NCBI GenBank assembly: GCA_963814125.1
Contig: CAWFBR010000007.1
Location: forward strand, 18,506 to 82,505
From: an uncultured Chloroflexia bacterium
GTDB lineage: Bacteria; Chloroflexota; Limnocylindria; Limnocylindrales; CSP1-4
Length of the DNA: 64,000 nt
Direction of reading: 5' to 3'
Part shown: positions 29,691 through 39,128 of the stretch, piece by piece
How the letters are laid out: every line of letters starts with the position of its first letter
Position numbering within the stretch: position 1 is the stretch's first letter
Notes under the pieces: generated by a model
The model's database searches: none
What the model was told of the DNA's origin: nothing
What the model saw: only the letters and a program-made list of their open reading frames with translations
Program-made: the position numbers and the translations under genes

Positions 29691-31206
29691 CGGGACAGCG
29701 GCTCGATTGGGAGTCGCGCCCCGCGCATCGTTCGCAGCCGTCGATCTCGGCGCCGACAGCGGCCGCGTGATCGAAGGCACTCTGTCCCATGACAAGCTGA
29801 CGCTCAGGAATATCCACCGCTTTCCCAACGGCCCGGTCACGTTGCCCGAGGGGCTGCGCTGGGACGTCCTGGCGCTGTGGTCGGAGATCTCGACCGGCCT
29901 GCGGCGAGCCGCCGGCCGTCGGGGCAGGGGCCGGAGTGAGTTGCGGGCCATCGCCGTCGACACCTGGGGCGTCGACTTCGCGTTGCTCGATCGGCACGGG
30001 ATGCTGCTCGGCAATCCGGCGCACTACCGTGACGAGCGCACGGACGGCATGCTCGAAGAGGCTTGCCGCCTGCTCTCAAGAGAGCGGATCTACCGGACGA
30101 CCGGGACGCAACTTCTCGAGATCAACACCCTCTACCAGCTCCTCTCGCTGGTGCGCCGACCGGGCCGGCTCGACGGCGCGAGCAGGATGCTCATGATGCC
30201 CGACCTGTTCGGCTTCTGGCTTACCGGGCGGGCCGCCACGGAGTTGTCCATTGCGACTACCACGCAGTGTCTCGATGTGGAGGGTCGAGACTGGGCGTTG
30301 CCTCTTCTCGCCGAACTCGGCATACCAACGCGGATCTTCGGCGAAATCGTTCCCGCGGGCCAGGTCCTCGGCACCGTCACGGGCTCGCTGGGACGTGAAG
30401 CCGATCTGGGACGCGTGGCTGTGGTCGCCTGCGGGTCCCACGATACGGCCTCGGCCGCCGCGGCAGTGCCTGCCACCGACCCTGACTTCGCGTGGCTCAG
30501 CTCCGGGACATGGTCGATCATGGGCATCGAGTCGACCGCTCCCATCGTCAATGAGGTGACGATGCGCCACGACCTGAGCAACGAAGCCGGCGTCGGCGGG
30601 CGGTGGCTCTTGCTGCGAACGATGCCCGGCCTGTGGCTCTTGCAGGAGTGCCGAAGAGCCTGGGCGCGCCAGGGGCAGCAGCACTCCTATGCGGACCTCA
30701 CGTGTCTGGCGGAGGAGGCATCGCCTTTCGCCTCGCTGGTCGACCCAGAGGCACCCGAGCTTCAGAAACCCGGCGACATGCCGACCTATATTCGGGAGCT
30801 ATGCCGCCTGACTGGCCAGCCCGTGCCTGAGACGACCGGCGCCGTCGTCCGCTGCGCGTTCGAGAGCCTGGCGCTTCAGTACCGGCGCGCCCTCGCCCGG
30901 CTCGAGGCTGTGGTCGGACATCGACTGAGCCGGATCCACCTCGTGGGTGGCGGCAGCCAGAGCGAGTTGCTCTGCCAGCTGACTGCGGATGCCACTGGGC
31001 GGTCGTGTCTCGCCGGCCCAATCGAGGCAACGGCAATCGGCAGCATCCTCGTGCAGGCGATCGCCGTGGGAGAACTCGGCAGCCTCGAGGAGGGTCGCGA
31101 GATCGTGAGGCGTTCGTTTCCACTTCGCAGATATGAACCCGTCATCGCATCGGAATGGGATGACTCATACGGCCGCTTTCTGGAGTTGAAACATGCCAGT
31201 CAGTGA
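29680..31206 (+). CDS. rhaB: Rhamnulokinase-type FGGY carbohydrate kinase
   Basis: [58 protein letters not shown]. Confidence 0.9.
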   Translation: MAGSGTAARLGVAPRASFAAVDLGADSGRVIEGTLSHDKLTLRNIHRFPNGPVTLPEGLRWDVLALWSEISTGLRRAAGRRGRGRSELRAIAVDTWGVDFALLDRHGMLLGNPAHYRDERTDGMLEEACRLLSRERIYRTTGTQLLEINTLYQLLSLVRRPGRLDGASRMLMMPDLFGFWLTGRAATELSIATTTQCLDVEGRDWALPLLAELGIPTRIFGEIVPAGQVLGTVTGSLGREADLGRVAVVACGSHDTASAAAAVPATDPDFAWLSSGTWSIMGIESTAPIVNEVTMRHDLSNEAGVGGRWLLLRTMPGLWLLQECRRAWARQGQQHSYADLTCLAEEASPFASLVDPEAPELQKPGDMPTYIRELCRLTGQPVPETTGAVVRCAFESLALQYRRALARLEAVVGHRLSRIHLVGGGSQSELLCQLTADATGRSCLAGPIEATAIGSILVQAIAVGELGSLEEGREIVRRSFPLRRYEPVIASEWDDSYGRFLELKHASQ

Positions 31207-32017
31207 ATCTCCGCCAAGCCTCGAGTCGGTGGTCCGATCGATCGGCCGTGCGGGTCGGCGGCTCGTCGAGCTTGGGGCTTGCGAAGGCGCCGCCGGCAAC
31301 ATCTCCGTCGCCTTCCGTGACTTGCCCGAGGTCGGCTCGCTCTTCCCGAATGTCGAGACCCTCACCTTGCCGACTGCGGTTCCGGAGCTGGCAGGGGCGA
31401 CCTTCGTGGCAACCGGCTCGGGATGCCGGCTGCGTGATGTGCTCGACGACCCACAGGCGAACCTTGGCTGCCTTGTGGTGGATTCCGGTGGAACCACCGG
31501 GAAGCTGTTCAGTTCGCCGCGGCGGCTGTTCGTCCGCCTCACGAGCGAGCTCAACTCGCATATCGCGGTCCATCGACGCCAGCTATTGGCGTCCGGCCGG
31601 GAGTTCCACGCGCTTGTCCATGCACATGCCCCGAACCTCACGTTCCTGAGCCACGTGCCCGGATATCAGGATCAGGCTCATCTCAACCGGCGGCTGATGC
31701 GCTGGGAGCCCGAGACGATCATCTTCCTGAGTGAGGGGATCGGCGTCGCGCCGTTCAACGTTCCCGGATCGCCCGGCCTAATGGAGTCGACGGAGCGCCT
31801 GCTCGACCGTCACCAGCTCGTCGTCTGGGGAAAGCACGGTGTAATCGCACGCTCCTTCGAGTCGGTTGAAGGGGCGCTCGACCGGATCGAGTACGCCGAA
31901 ACCGCCGCCCGCTACGAGTACATGGATATCGTGGCCGGTACACAAGCGCCAGGCATGAGCGAGGATGAGATCCGGGCAGTCTGCGCGTTTCATCAAGTCG
32001 ACCAGTCGATCGTGTAG
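31193..32017 (+). CDS. Class II aldolase, rhamnulose-1-phosphate aldolase (RhaD)-like
   Basis: GNIS, TGSG, TSELNSH, HAH, WEPETI, VPGS, WGKHGV motifs. Confidence 0.85.
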   Translation: MPVSESPPSLESVVRSIGRAGRRLVELGACEGAAGNISVAFRDLPEVGSLFPNVETLTLPTAVPELAGATFVATGSGCRLRDVLDDPQANLGCLVVDSGGTTGKLFSSPRRLFVRLTSELNSHIAVHRRQLLASGREFHALVHAHAPNLTFLSHVPGYQDQAHLNRRLMRWEPETIIFLSEGIGVAPFNVPGSPGLMESTERLLDRHQLVVWGKHGVIARSFESVEGALDRIEYAETAARYEYMDIVAGTQAPGMSEDEIRAVCAFHQVDQSIV

Positions 32018-32035
32018 GAGCGGTTTGGAGGCGCG

Positions 32036-32530
32036 GTGGCGTACATGGGCTCGTATGTGTGGCGGCTCAGGCAGCTCGTCGGAAGCGAGCTCATCGTCAT
32101 GCCCGCCGCCCAGGTGCTCCTGCTCGACGGCACCGATCGGGTATACCTCCAGCGGCGAAGGGACCTGGGAGTGTGGGAGTTGCCGTCCGGGACGTGCGAG
32201 CCGGGCAGCACGTTCGCGCAGACGGCGAAGGAGGAGGTCCGCGAGGAGACCGGCCTTACGTTGGACGTGCCGAACCTTGTTGCCTACGCGTGCATCTCCG
32301 ACCCCGGCGTCCACACCATTACGTACCCGAACGGCGACAGGACGCACTGCTTCTCGATTTGCTTCTTCGCCAGGCACTGGACCGGAGACATCGAGGTCGA
32401 GGCATCGGAAGTGCTCGAGGGGGCGTTCTTTTCGAAGTCGCATCTCCCGGACCCGCTCCACCCGGCCACGAAGCTGGCGCTTGAGCTCCACACGCGGTTC
32501 ACCGAATCGGCCGTATTCCAGGTTCGGTAG
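32036..32530 (+). CDS. NUDIX hydrolase
   Basis: G..EPG......A.EEVREETGL Nudix box; YPNGD. Confidence 0.9.
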   Translation: MAYMGSYVWRLRQLVGSELIVMPAAQVLLLDGTDRVYLQRRRDLGVWELPSGTCEPGSTFAQTAKEEVREETGLTLDVPNLVAYACISDPGVHTITYPNGDRTHCFSICFFARHWTGDIEVEASEVLEGAFFSKSHLPDPLHPATKLALELHTRFTESAVFQVR

Positions 32531-32603
32531 AGCCGGCACCCGAGGCGGCGGCGCGATTTGCGGCCCTGGATCTCAGTGGCGGCCTTGCCTGGCCAAGAGC
32601 GCG

Positions 32604-33662
32604 CTATTTCCGGGCTGCGGAGAGAAAGCGGACCAGGTCGAGCCCGTCGGTCTCCAGCGCAGCCGCGGTTTCGGGGCGGAGTTCTTCGAATGGCGTGATC
32701 TCCAACCCGCGCGATCGCATGCGCCAGAGTCCGGCGGCTCGGCCGCCGACCAGCGCGATCGCTCGGAACATACCGTTCATGGTCACAACATCGGCGTGAT
32801 CGCCGACGATCTCAGCTCGCGAGGCCCAGCCATGGAGGATCGGGTCGAACTGACCCAGCAGGCGCGGCGGCGGTAGACCGTACTCAGCGTCGCGGTTCCG
32901 AAGGTCCAGCATGTCGTCGGGGCGTTCGACGATCTCCGAACCTATCGCCGCCAGGGCCGCCCTGGAATCCGTCAGGCTCAGGCCGACCCATTTCCCCAGA
33001 TCTCTGGCCGTTGCCGGTCCGTGTCCCGCCAGATAGCGACGGGCCAGTTCTGCGAGTGCGCGTGCTCGATCAAACGTAGGTGGGTCGCCCAGCCATTCGC
33101 GGGTGAGCACGTAGCAGTGCTGGGTGCCGACGATCGGACCTCGAACGATCAGTCCGCGGAAACTGGCGAGCGCGATCGTGTGGACGATCGCCTGGCCCTC
33201 AGTTCTGATGCCCGCGGCCGCGACGCGGTCGCGAAGCTCGTCCCGGCTAAGTGGCCCGCTCGAGGCCAGCGCGCGCTCGATGATACCGACGGCCTTTTCG
33301 GCCGCTTCTGGGGGAACTTGCTCTTCGCGAAGGCGTGTGGCATTCCAAGCCAGCATTCGGGGCGCGGTCAGGCCGTGCAACCAGTGGTAATCGTCGCTGC
33401 GGACCAGATGAAGCGTGCCTCGGTTGAGCCAGGTAATGAGCAGGGAACGGTCGTCGGTCAGGGCGCGGTCCACGTCTCCTGCCGTGAGGCCCCGACTTCG
33501 GGCGCGGATGGCCAGCCGCGCTCCGCGCGGATCCTGACCCTGGACAGCCAGCAATCGCTGCACCACGGCGAGCGGGCTGACGGCGGGATCGCCGGTGAGG
33601 AGTTGCGATCGGAACCGGGACGGCCAGACGTCGGACATCGGCTGGGACGGGATTTGACTCAC
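32604..33662 (-). CDS. AlkZ-like (HTH_42 winged-helix) DNA glycosylase
   Basis: AVQGQD (QxQ), TWLNRGTLHLV, YLAGHGPAT..DL..W, LLGQFDP; start uncertain (33662 or 33638). Confidence 0.85.
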   Translation of the reverse strand: MSQIPSQPMSDVWPSRFRSQLLTGDPAVSPLAVVQRLLAVQGQDPRGARLAIRARSRGLTAGDVDRALTDDRSLLITWLNRGTLHLVRSDDYHWLHGLTAPRMLAWNATRLREEQVPPEAAEKAVGIIERALASSGPLSRDELRDRVAAAGIRTEGQAIVHTIALASFRGLIVRGPIVGTQHCYVLTREWLGDPPTFDRARALAELARRYLAGHGPATARDLGKWVGLSLTDSRAALAAIGSEIVERPDDMLDLRNRDAEYGLPPPRLLGQFDPILHGWASRAEIVGDHADVVTMNGMFRAIALVGGRAAGLWRMRSRGLEITPFEELRPETAAALETDGLDLVRFLSAARK

Positions 33663-33869
33663 GGTGCTGACCTGGCAGCGGGCAGTCGGCAAGAGGCACA
33701 TGTGTTTCGCGTTGTGGACTTGGATACCAGTATCGTCAGGTTCTGCGAAAGTCGCCCAGCAGCAGGCCGCGGTGGGCGAACGGGCCACCTACTGGCCTTC
33801 GACTCGACCGTGCCTTGACCGCCTCGGCCGACAACGTCCAGAAGGTTCTCGCTGCAAGCGCGCCCTGGA

Positions 33870-36131
33870 TCACCTCCAGGTGATGACGAGTTGCGGCGGA
33901 TGGGCGCCCGAACGCGACGACAGCGAAAGGGCCGTGCTGCTCGAAGTGGAGAGGCCGAAGCTGTAGGTTCCGTTGCCGCCGATCGCGGCGGTCACATCGA
34001 CGCTGGTCCAGGTTCCGGCGGCGATCTTGCCCGAGCTCCCGAGCCTGGTGGAGCCGCACGGCGGCGCGTTGGCGGCCGTGACCGCGGTTTCGCCCCAGGC
34101 GGTGTCGGCCACCGCGCATACGTCATAGCCGGTCGTCTGAGCCGAGTTTGCGTAGACGCGCAGCACAGCCGACGCCACCCTCCCACTGACTCCAGTCACG
34201 TTGAAGCGCAGGAACGTGCGGACGACCGGCGAGCCATCGACTCGAAGCTGGACCTGCGAGCCGAAGTTGGACCCGGGGGCGGATGCGTTGACGTAACTGT
34301 CGGCGGCGGGTACGACCGTGACGCTACCCGGAGATCCGCTCGGAGCCAACGTTGGGCCCGGCGTCGGCGGGGCAGTGGTCGCGGTCGGGGTCGGACTCGG
34401 GGTCGCGGTCGGGGTCGGACTCGGGGTCGCGGTTGGGGTCGGACTCGGGGTCGCGGTCGGCGGGCTCGTGGGAGCGGTCGGCGCCGCCGTGGGTGCGGGC
34501 GATGGCGTCAACGTAGCGCTGCCCCCGACCCACGTCACGATCAGCTGCGGCGGGTTGGAGCCCTCGCGCGAGGAGAGCGACACGGCCGTGGCGTTGGCGG
34601 TGGAGAGCGCGAAGCTGTACGTTCCGTTGCCGCCGACCGCCGAGGTCACGTTGACGCTGGTCCATGTGCCCGCGACGATCCTGCCAGAGCTCCCGAGGGT
34701 GGTCGAGCCATAAGGCGGCGCGTTGGCGTTGTCGAGCGCGGTCTCGCTCCAGACGTTGTCGGAGACCGGATGGACGTCGTAGCCGGTCGTTTGGGCGGTG
34801 TTGGCATAGACGCGCAGGATCGCGGACGACACGGTCCCGCCCACGCCGGCGACGTCGAAGCGGAGATAGGAGCGGACCGCCGGCGCGCCGTCGAAGCGAA
34901 GCGTGGCGAGGGTCCCATGGGTGGCGGACGGGTTGGACGCGTCGACGTAGCTGTCGGCCGAAGGGGCGAAAGTCGCCGAGCCGCCAGCCGGCGCGCCGGA
35001 GCTGGCCGAAGCGCTCGGGCTCGGGCTCGGACTCGGACTCGGGCTCGGACTCGGGCTCGTGCTCGGGCTCGGACTCGTGCTCGGGCTCGGACTCGTGCTC
35101 GGGCTCATGGTGGGGTTCGCGGCCGCGGCGTTGTGGCAGGTGGCCGAGCCGCTGTCGGTGAAGGCTCCGGTCGCGGGCTCGAAGTTCCAGGAGTAGCCGC
35201 CGGCGTGAAGCGTCAGGGCGAGCACCCCGAACGAGGTCGTGTTGCGAACCACGCTGTTGGCGGCGACGGCCGCGATCGAGGTGTGGTTGGCCCCGCCCGT
35301 ACCGACGATGAATTCACGGATGCCGTTGGGATCAGCGACGCCGTTGGCGTCCTGGGGATCGAAGCGTTCGTAGATGTGGTCGTGGCCGTCGAGTACCAGG
35401 TCGGCGTGGGCCGCATAGAGCTGCGTCCATATCGACTTGGTGTTGTTGTTGGCCCGGCCGCCGGAGCTGAAGAGGGGTATGTGCCAGTAGGCCAGGATGC
35501 ACTGGTTCTGATGAGCGGCCAGGTCGGCGGCGAGCCACTTGCCCTGTGGTGTAGATGCGCCGCAGCCGCCGGCGCTCGAGCAGTTGGAGTTGATCGCAAT
35601 CAGATGCCAGGCGCCGACGTCGAAGCTGTAGTAACCCGCGCCCTGGCTGCCCGCCGCGGAGCCGAAGTAGGCGAAGTAGCCGGCCGCGTTGGCGTTGGAG
35701 CTGTCGCAGCCGATCGTGGGCGTCGAGCCGCCCGCCGTCAGGTATTCGTGGTTGCCGGGAATCGGATGCGTGATCGATTTGACGCGGCCCCAGGTGGGAT
35801 CGTAGGCCTGCTGATATTCGGCCAGGCTGCCGCAATAGTGCTGGTCCCCGAGCGCCAGGACCGCGCTGAAGTTCCCGCCAACCAGCAGATCCGAAGTCGC
35901 CTTCTGGCGGCACGTGTCGGGACTGAGCGTTCCGTTCAGGTTGTTGTAGTGGGGGTCCAGCGGGTCGCAACCGTAGTCGCCCGCAGCGGCGATCACCGGG
36001 TCACCTGCGGCCAACACCGGTTCGCGCAAGCCCGCGAACATGGCCGTGCCGGCGAGCATCATCGAGGCCACGAGCACCAGGCGGCTTCCCAGCCTCAGGC
36101 CGGACCGAAGACCCCAATCCCGGGTACGCAT
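33870..36131 (-). CDS. Secreted metallophosphoesterase (purple acid phosphatase-like) with two DNRLRE/CBM96-like domains
   Basis: Signal peptide; AGD, LGDQHY, GNHEY, GHDHIYER; two ADSYV...S.LSSRE/SG..PPQL domains. Confidence 0.88.
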   Translation of the reverse strand: MRTRDWGLRSGLRLGSRLVLVASMMLAGTAMFAGLREPVLAAGDPVIAAAGDYGCDPLDPHYNNLNGTLSPDTCRQKATSDLLVGGNFSAVLALGDQHYCGSLAEYQQAYDPTWGRVKSITHPIPGNHEYLTAGGSTPTIGCDSSNANAAGYFAYFGSAAGSQGAGYYSFDVGAWHLIAINSNCSSAGGCGASTPQGKWLAADLAAHQNQCILAYWHIPLFSSGGRANNNTKSIWTQLYAAHADLVLDGHDHIYERFDPQDANGVADPNGIREFIVGTGGANHTSIAAVAANSVVRNTTSFGVLALTLHAGGYSWNFEPATGAFTDSGSATCHNAAAANPTMSPSTSPSPSTSPSPSTSPSPSPSPSPSPSPSASASSGAPAGGSATFAPSADSYVDASNPSATHGTLATLRFDGAPAVRSYLRFDVAGVGGTVSSAILRVYANTAQTTGYDVHPVSDNVWSETALDNANAPPYGSTTLGSSGRIVAGTWTSVNVTSAVGGNGTYSFALSTANATAVSLSSREGSNPPQLIVTWVGGSATLTPSPAPTAAPTAPTSPPTATPSPTPTATPSPTPTATPSPTPTATTAPPTPGPTLAPSGSPGSVTVVPAADSYVNASAPGSNFGSQVQLRVDGSPVVRTFLRFNVTGVSGRVASAVLRVYANSAQTTGYDVCAVADTAWGETAVTAANAPPCGSTRLGSSGKIAAGTWTSVDVTAAIGGNGTYSFGLSTSSSTALSLSSRSGAHPPQLVITWR
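34377..34460. repeat. 3.5 x 24-nt tandem repeat encoding a (TATPSPTP)n linker
   Basis: Unit GGTCGCGGTCGGGGTCGGACTCGG. Confidence 0.9.
35013..35106. repeat. Hexamer/18-nt tandem repeat encoding a (SP/ST)n linker
   Basis: Repeated GGCTCG/GACTCG/TGCTCG units. Confidence 0.9.
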
Positions 36132-36597
36132 ACGCACCCTCTTCGTTGCCCGAGCATTCGGCGACGCCGAGCCCGCGCAACCGCACGAGGCGGACCGTAA
36201 CCCCGCCGGTCCTATCCGGAAAGGGCCGAAAGTAGCCCATTCGTACTGTGACCTACCCGATCGGCCCCACCCGCTGCCGGGCCGCCGAGCGTTCCGCTGC
36301 CGCAAGTCGACCTTCTCGATTGGCAGGCTCCGCGTCAGCGCGACCACAGCGACCTGGATGCTCCGGGCAGGCTCGCGCGCAGCCGCACTGCCGGGGGGAA
36401 CAAGCAATAGCCGCGGACCCGGTTGGACGGGACGCCGGGCTAGGATAGCTACCCAGTTCATCCTGGCTGCGGCCGGCACACCCGGATCGCCGGTTCGCTG
36501 GCTGGCCGATCAGATCGTCGAGCGGGTGCTGGCCCGCAGGGCATAGGGACGGAGATTTGAGAGACGACACGACTACGTCGTTTCCAGGGAGGAAATC

Positions 36598-37062
36598 ATG
36601 TCGTACACGGTTGACTTCACCAACGTCTCGACCATCGGTCTGGAGTCCTCGCCGGTGGCGCCCGCGCTCGCCGGCCTCCGTGCGAACGAGGCTCGCTACT
36701 TCAAGAACAAATACGACCACAACTTCACGGTCGAGCCGGCGAGCGAAGCCAGGGAGACCATCGACTGGGTGCACCGCATCCTCTCGGAGGAGCGCGCCCT
36801 CGTCATCTCATCCCGCCCTCTCGAGGCGACGATCTTCCAGGTCGAGAACCTCAAGTGGGCCTACGTCTTTTACGAGAGCGGCCTGTCGATCAACGTGCTG
36901 TACAGCCTCGACGATGCCGGCAAGCGAGCGGTGGGGTTCAAGCTCTCCGACGGAATGGAAGTTCCCGCCGAACTCGCATCGCGGTTCAAGTTCGCCAGAC
37001 AGAAGTCCAAGCTGGCCGGAACCATCCGGGGTTCGTTCTTCGTGATCAAAGGCGAGTACTGA
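36598..37062 (+). CDS. Conserved hypothetical protein
   Basis: GGAGG RBS; 154 aa globular; LAGLRANEARYFKNKY and KRAVGFKLSDG blocks. Confidence 0.75.
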   Translation: MSYTVDFTNVSTIGLESSPVAPALAGLRANEARYFKNKYDHNFTVEPASEARETIDWVHRILSEERALVISSRPLEATIFQVENLKWAYVFYESGLSINVLYSLDDAGKRAVGFKLSDGMEVPAELASRFKFARQKSKLAGTIRGSFFVIKGEY

Positions 37063-37142
37063 CCTCGGCACGGACGCGCCCCTCGGCTCAGGATTGGCTC
37101 CAGCGGCTGCAGCGGCGTCTGGGAGATGGAGGACAAAGACCT

Positions 37143-37703
37143 GTGGGTCGATTGATCTACTTGATGAACGTATCTCTCGACGGCTTCATCGAGACCCCCG
37201 ATCGCTCTCTCGACTGGACGATCGTGGACGAGGAGCTGCACACCTGGTTCAACGACCAACTCCGCGGCACAGACGCGACGCTATACGGCCGGCGGCTGTA
37301 CGAGGTCATGGCCGCCTACTGGCCGACCGCCGAATCGGACCCGTCAGCGACAGCCGCCACGCTCGAATTCGCCCGGATCTGGAACGCGAAACCCAGGATC
37401 GTGTTCTCGTCCACGATCGCCGCGGTCGACCCGGGCAGCCGGCTCGTGCGCGGCGACGCCGTCGCGGAGCTGACGCGGCTGCGGGCCGAGTTCGACGGCG
37501 AGCTGGCCGTCGCCGGGCCCACGCTGGCGTCGGCCTTCATCCGGGCCGGACTTGTCGACGAGTATCGGGTCGTCGTACACCCGGTCATCCTGGGGGCGGG
37601 GACGCCGTTCTTCCCGAAGCTCGAGACGCCCATTCGACTGCGGCTGACGGAGACCCGGAGGTTCGAGTCGGGCGCGATGTATCTGAGCTACGCCGCGGAA
37701 TAG
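37143..37703 (+). CDS. Dihydrofolate reductase/RibD C-terminal family protein
   Basis: NVSLDGFI, LYGRRLYE, GLVDEY..VVHPVILGAG. Confidence 0.9.
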   Translation: MGRLIYLMNVSLDGFIETPDRSLDWTIVDEELHTWFNDQLRGTDATLYGRRLYEVMAAYWPTAESDPSATAATLEFARIWNAKPRIVFSSTIAAVDPGSRLVRGDAVAELTRLRAEFDGELAVAGPTLASAFIRAGLVDEYRVVVHPVILGAGTPFFPKLETPIRLRLTETRRFESGAMYLSYAAE

Positions 37704-37822
37704 GGGAGTCGCGGGGGCGCAAGGCTCGCCGTTACGATGCCGTCGCATCAGTCGCTGAAAAGGCCGGCTTGATCGCACGGCGGGAAGCCACGGGTCAACA
37801 AGAGCACCCACCGGCCGCGGGC

Positions 37823-38236
37823 TCAGGCGTCGGGGCCTCGTCGCAGGCGCTCGAGCTCGCGCCGGAGACGCTTGCCGGGCCGGCCCTCCCCGCGGATCCG
37901 CCTCATCCCGGGCTCGGCCCCAAGCCCGGCCTCCGTCATGACCGGGCTATGATCCACGTAACAGGCAGCGGCGGCGAGGGCCCCAACCCGCGACTCGATC
38001 GGCCGCACGACCTCGATGACGCGCTCGCGATCCGCGATGAGAGCCTCCACCCGATCACCGGAGCGGACCTTGGTCGAGGGTTTCGCCGGTAACCCGTTCA
38101 CGAGGACGTGGCCACCCTCGCACAGCCGCGTCGCGAGCGGGCGAGTCTTCACGAGCCGCACCGCGCACAGCCAGCGGTCGATGCGCGTCTCGTCGGCGGC
38201 AATGGGATCAGTCACGCGACCTGCAGTGGATGTCAT
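37823..38236 (-). CDS. RNA-binding S4-domain protein (Hsp15-like)
   Basis: RIDRWLCAVRLVKTR, GHVLVNG..AKPS, GRPGKRLRRELE. Confidence 0.9.
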   Translation of the reverse strand: MTSTAGRVTDPIAADETRIDRWLCAVRLVKTRPLATRLCEGGHVLVNGLPAKPSTKVRSGDRVEALIADRERVIEVVRPIESRVGALAAAACYVDHSPVMTEAGLGAEPGMRRIRGEGRPGKRLRRELERLRRGPDA

Positions 38237-38449
38237 CTCAGGAGGCAACTCCCATCTTCGGCTGCTCGGCTTCGATCTTATCGGAGCCGCCCGGGCGGAA
38301 GGTGGCGATTCCCACGTGCCGGATTGTCGTGCCGCCAGCGATTGAGTCGGCGCTTCGGAAGGCGGGATAGAGGCCAGTCCGACGGAGCCGATCCGGCCTG
38401 GTTGCGGTCGGCCAGTGGCCGGAGAAAGTCAGCGACTCGATCGATCCTC

Positions 38450-38480
38450 TTGACGCCAGACTGACCAAGCGTTTAGTCTG
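38450..38480 (+). promoter_or_regulatory. Promoter and imperfect palindromic operator for tetR
   Basis: TTGACG (38450), TAGTCT (38474), ATG 7 nt later; CAGACT...AGTCTG inverted repeat. Confidence 0.65.
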
Positions 38481-38486
38481 CTGAAC

Positions 38487-39122
38487 ATGAGTTCAGCCAT
38501 CGACCCCGGCGACCTGACCGCCCGGGCCACCATCCGGAATGCCGCGTTGCGGCTCTTTGGCGAGCGTGGCCCGGACGCGGTCACCGTGCGCGAAATCGCC
38601 ACCCAGGCCGGCGTCTCGCCGGCGCTCGTCCTCCACCACTTCGGGAGCAAGGACGGCCTGCGCGCCGAGGTCGACGCGTTCGCCGCACACGCGTTCGACG
38701 CGATCCTCGAGGCCGTGCCGACCGACGAGCTCGTCGAGCTGCTTACCGGCGGTTCGCCGAGGGGCTCGCTCGCCGAGGCATTCGCCCGGGGCTTCCCACC
38801 CAGCTCGCCGCTGCCCGCGTATCTGCGCCGGCTCCTCCTCACGAACGATCCGGCTGGTGCCGCGCTGTTCGGACGGTGGTATGCCGCCACGCGGAGCATT
38901 CTCGACGCAATGGTCGAGATGGGCGTCGCGCGGCCGAGCGAGGACCCCAGTGTCCTGGCGGCGTTCTTCCTGGTCAACGACCTCGCCCTGATCCTCTTGC
39001 GAAACCCGATCGCCGCGGCCATCGGTGCCGACCCGCTGACCCCCGAAGGGATGGAGCGGTGGGCCCGAGAAGCCAGCATCGTCTACGCCGAGGGCGCGTT
39101 TCGCGCCCCGCAGAAGGAGTAA
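38487..39122 (+). CDS. TetR-family regulator
   Basis: VTVREIATQAGVSPALVLHHFGSKDGL HTH. Confidence 0.93.
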   Translation: MSSAIDPGDLTARATIRNAALRLFGERGPDAVTVREIATQAGVSPALVLHHFGSKDGLRAEVDAFAAHAFDAILEAVPTDELVELLTGGSPRGSLAEAFARGFPPSSPLPAYLRRLLLTNDPAGAALFGRWYAATRSILDAMVEMGVARPSEDPSVLAAFFLVNDLALILLRNPIAAAIGADPLTPEGMERWAREASIVYAEGAFRAPQKE

Positions 39123-39128
39123 CACCCC

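Noticed and set aside
34377-35106. Tandem repeats as a CRISPR array
   Set aside because: No spacers; in-frame Pro/Ser/Thr linker inside a CDS; no cas genes.
36598-37062. Prophage
   Set aside because: No terminase, capsid, portal or integrase genes in the window.
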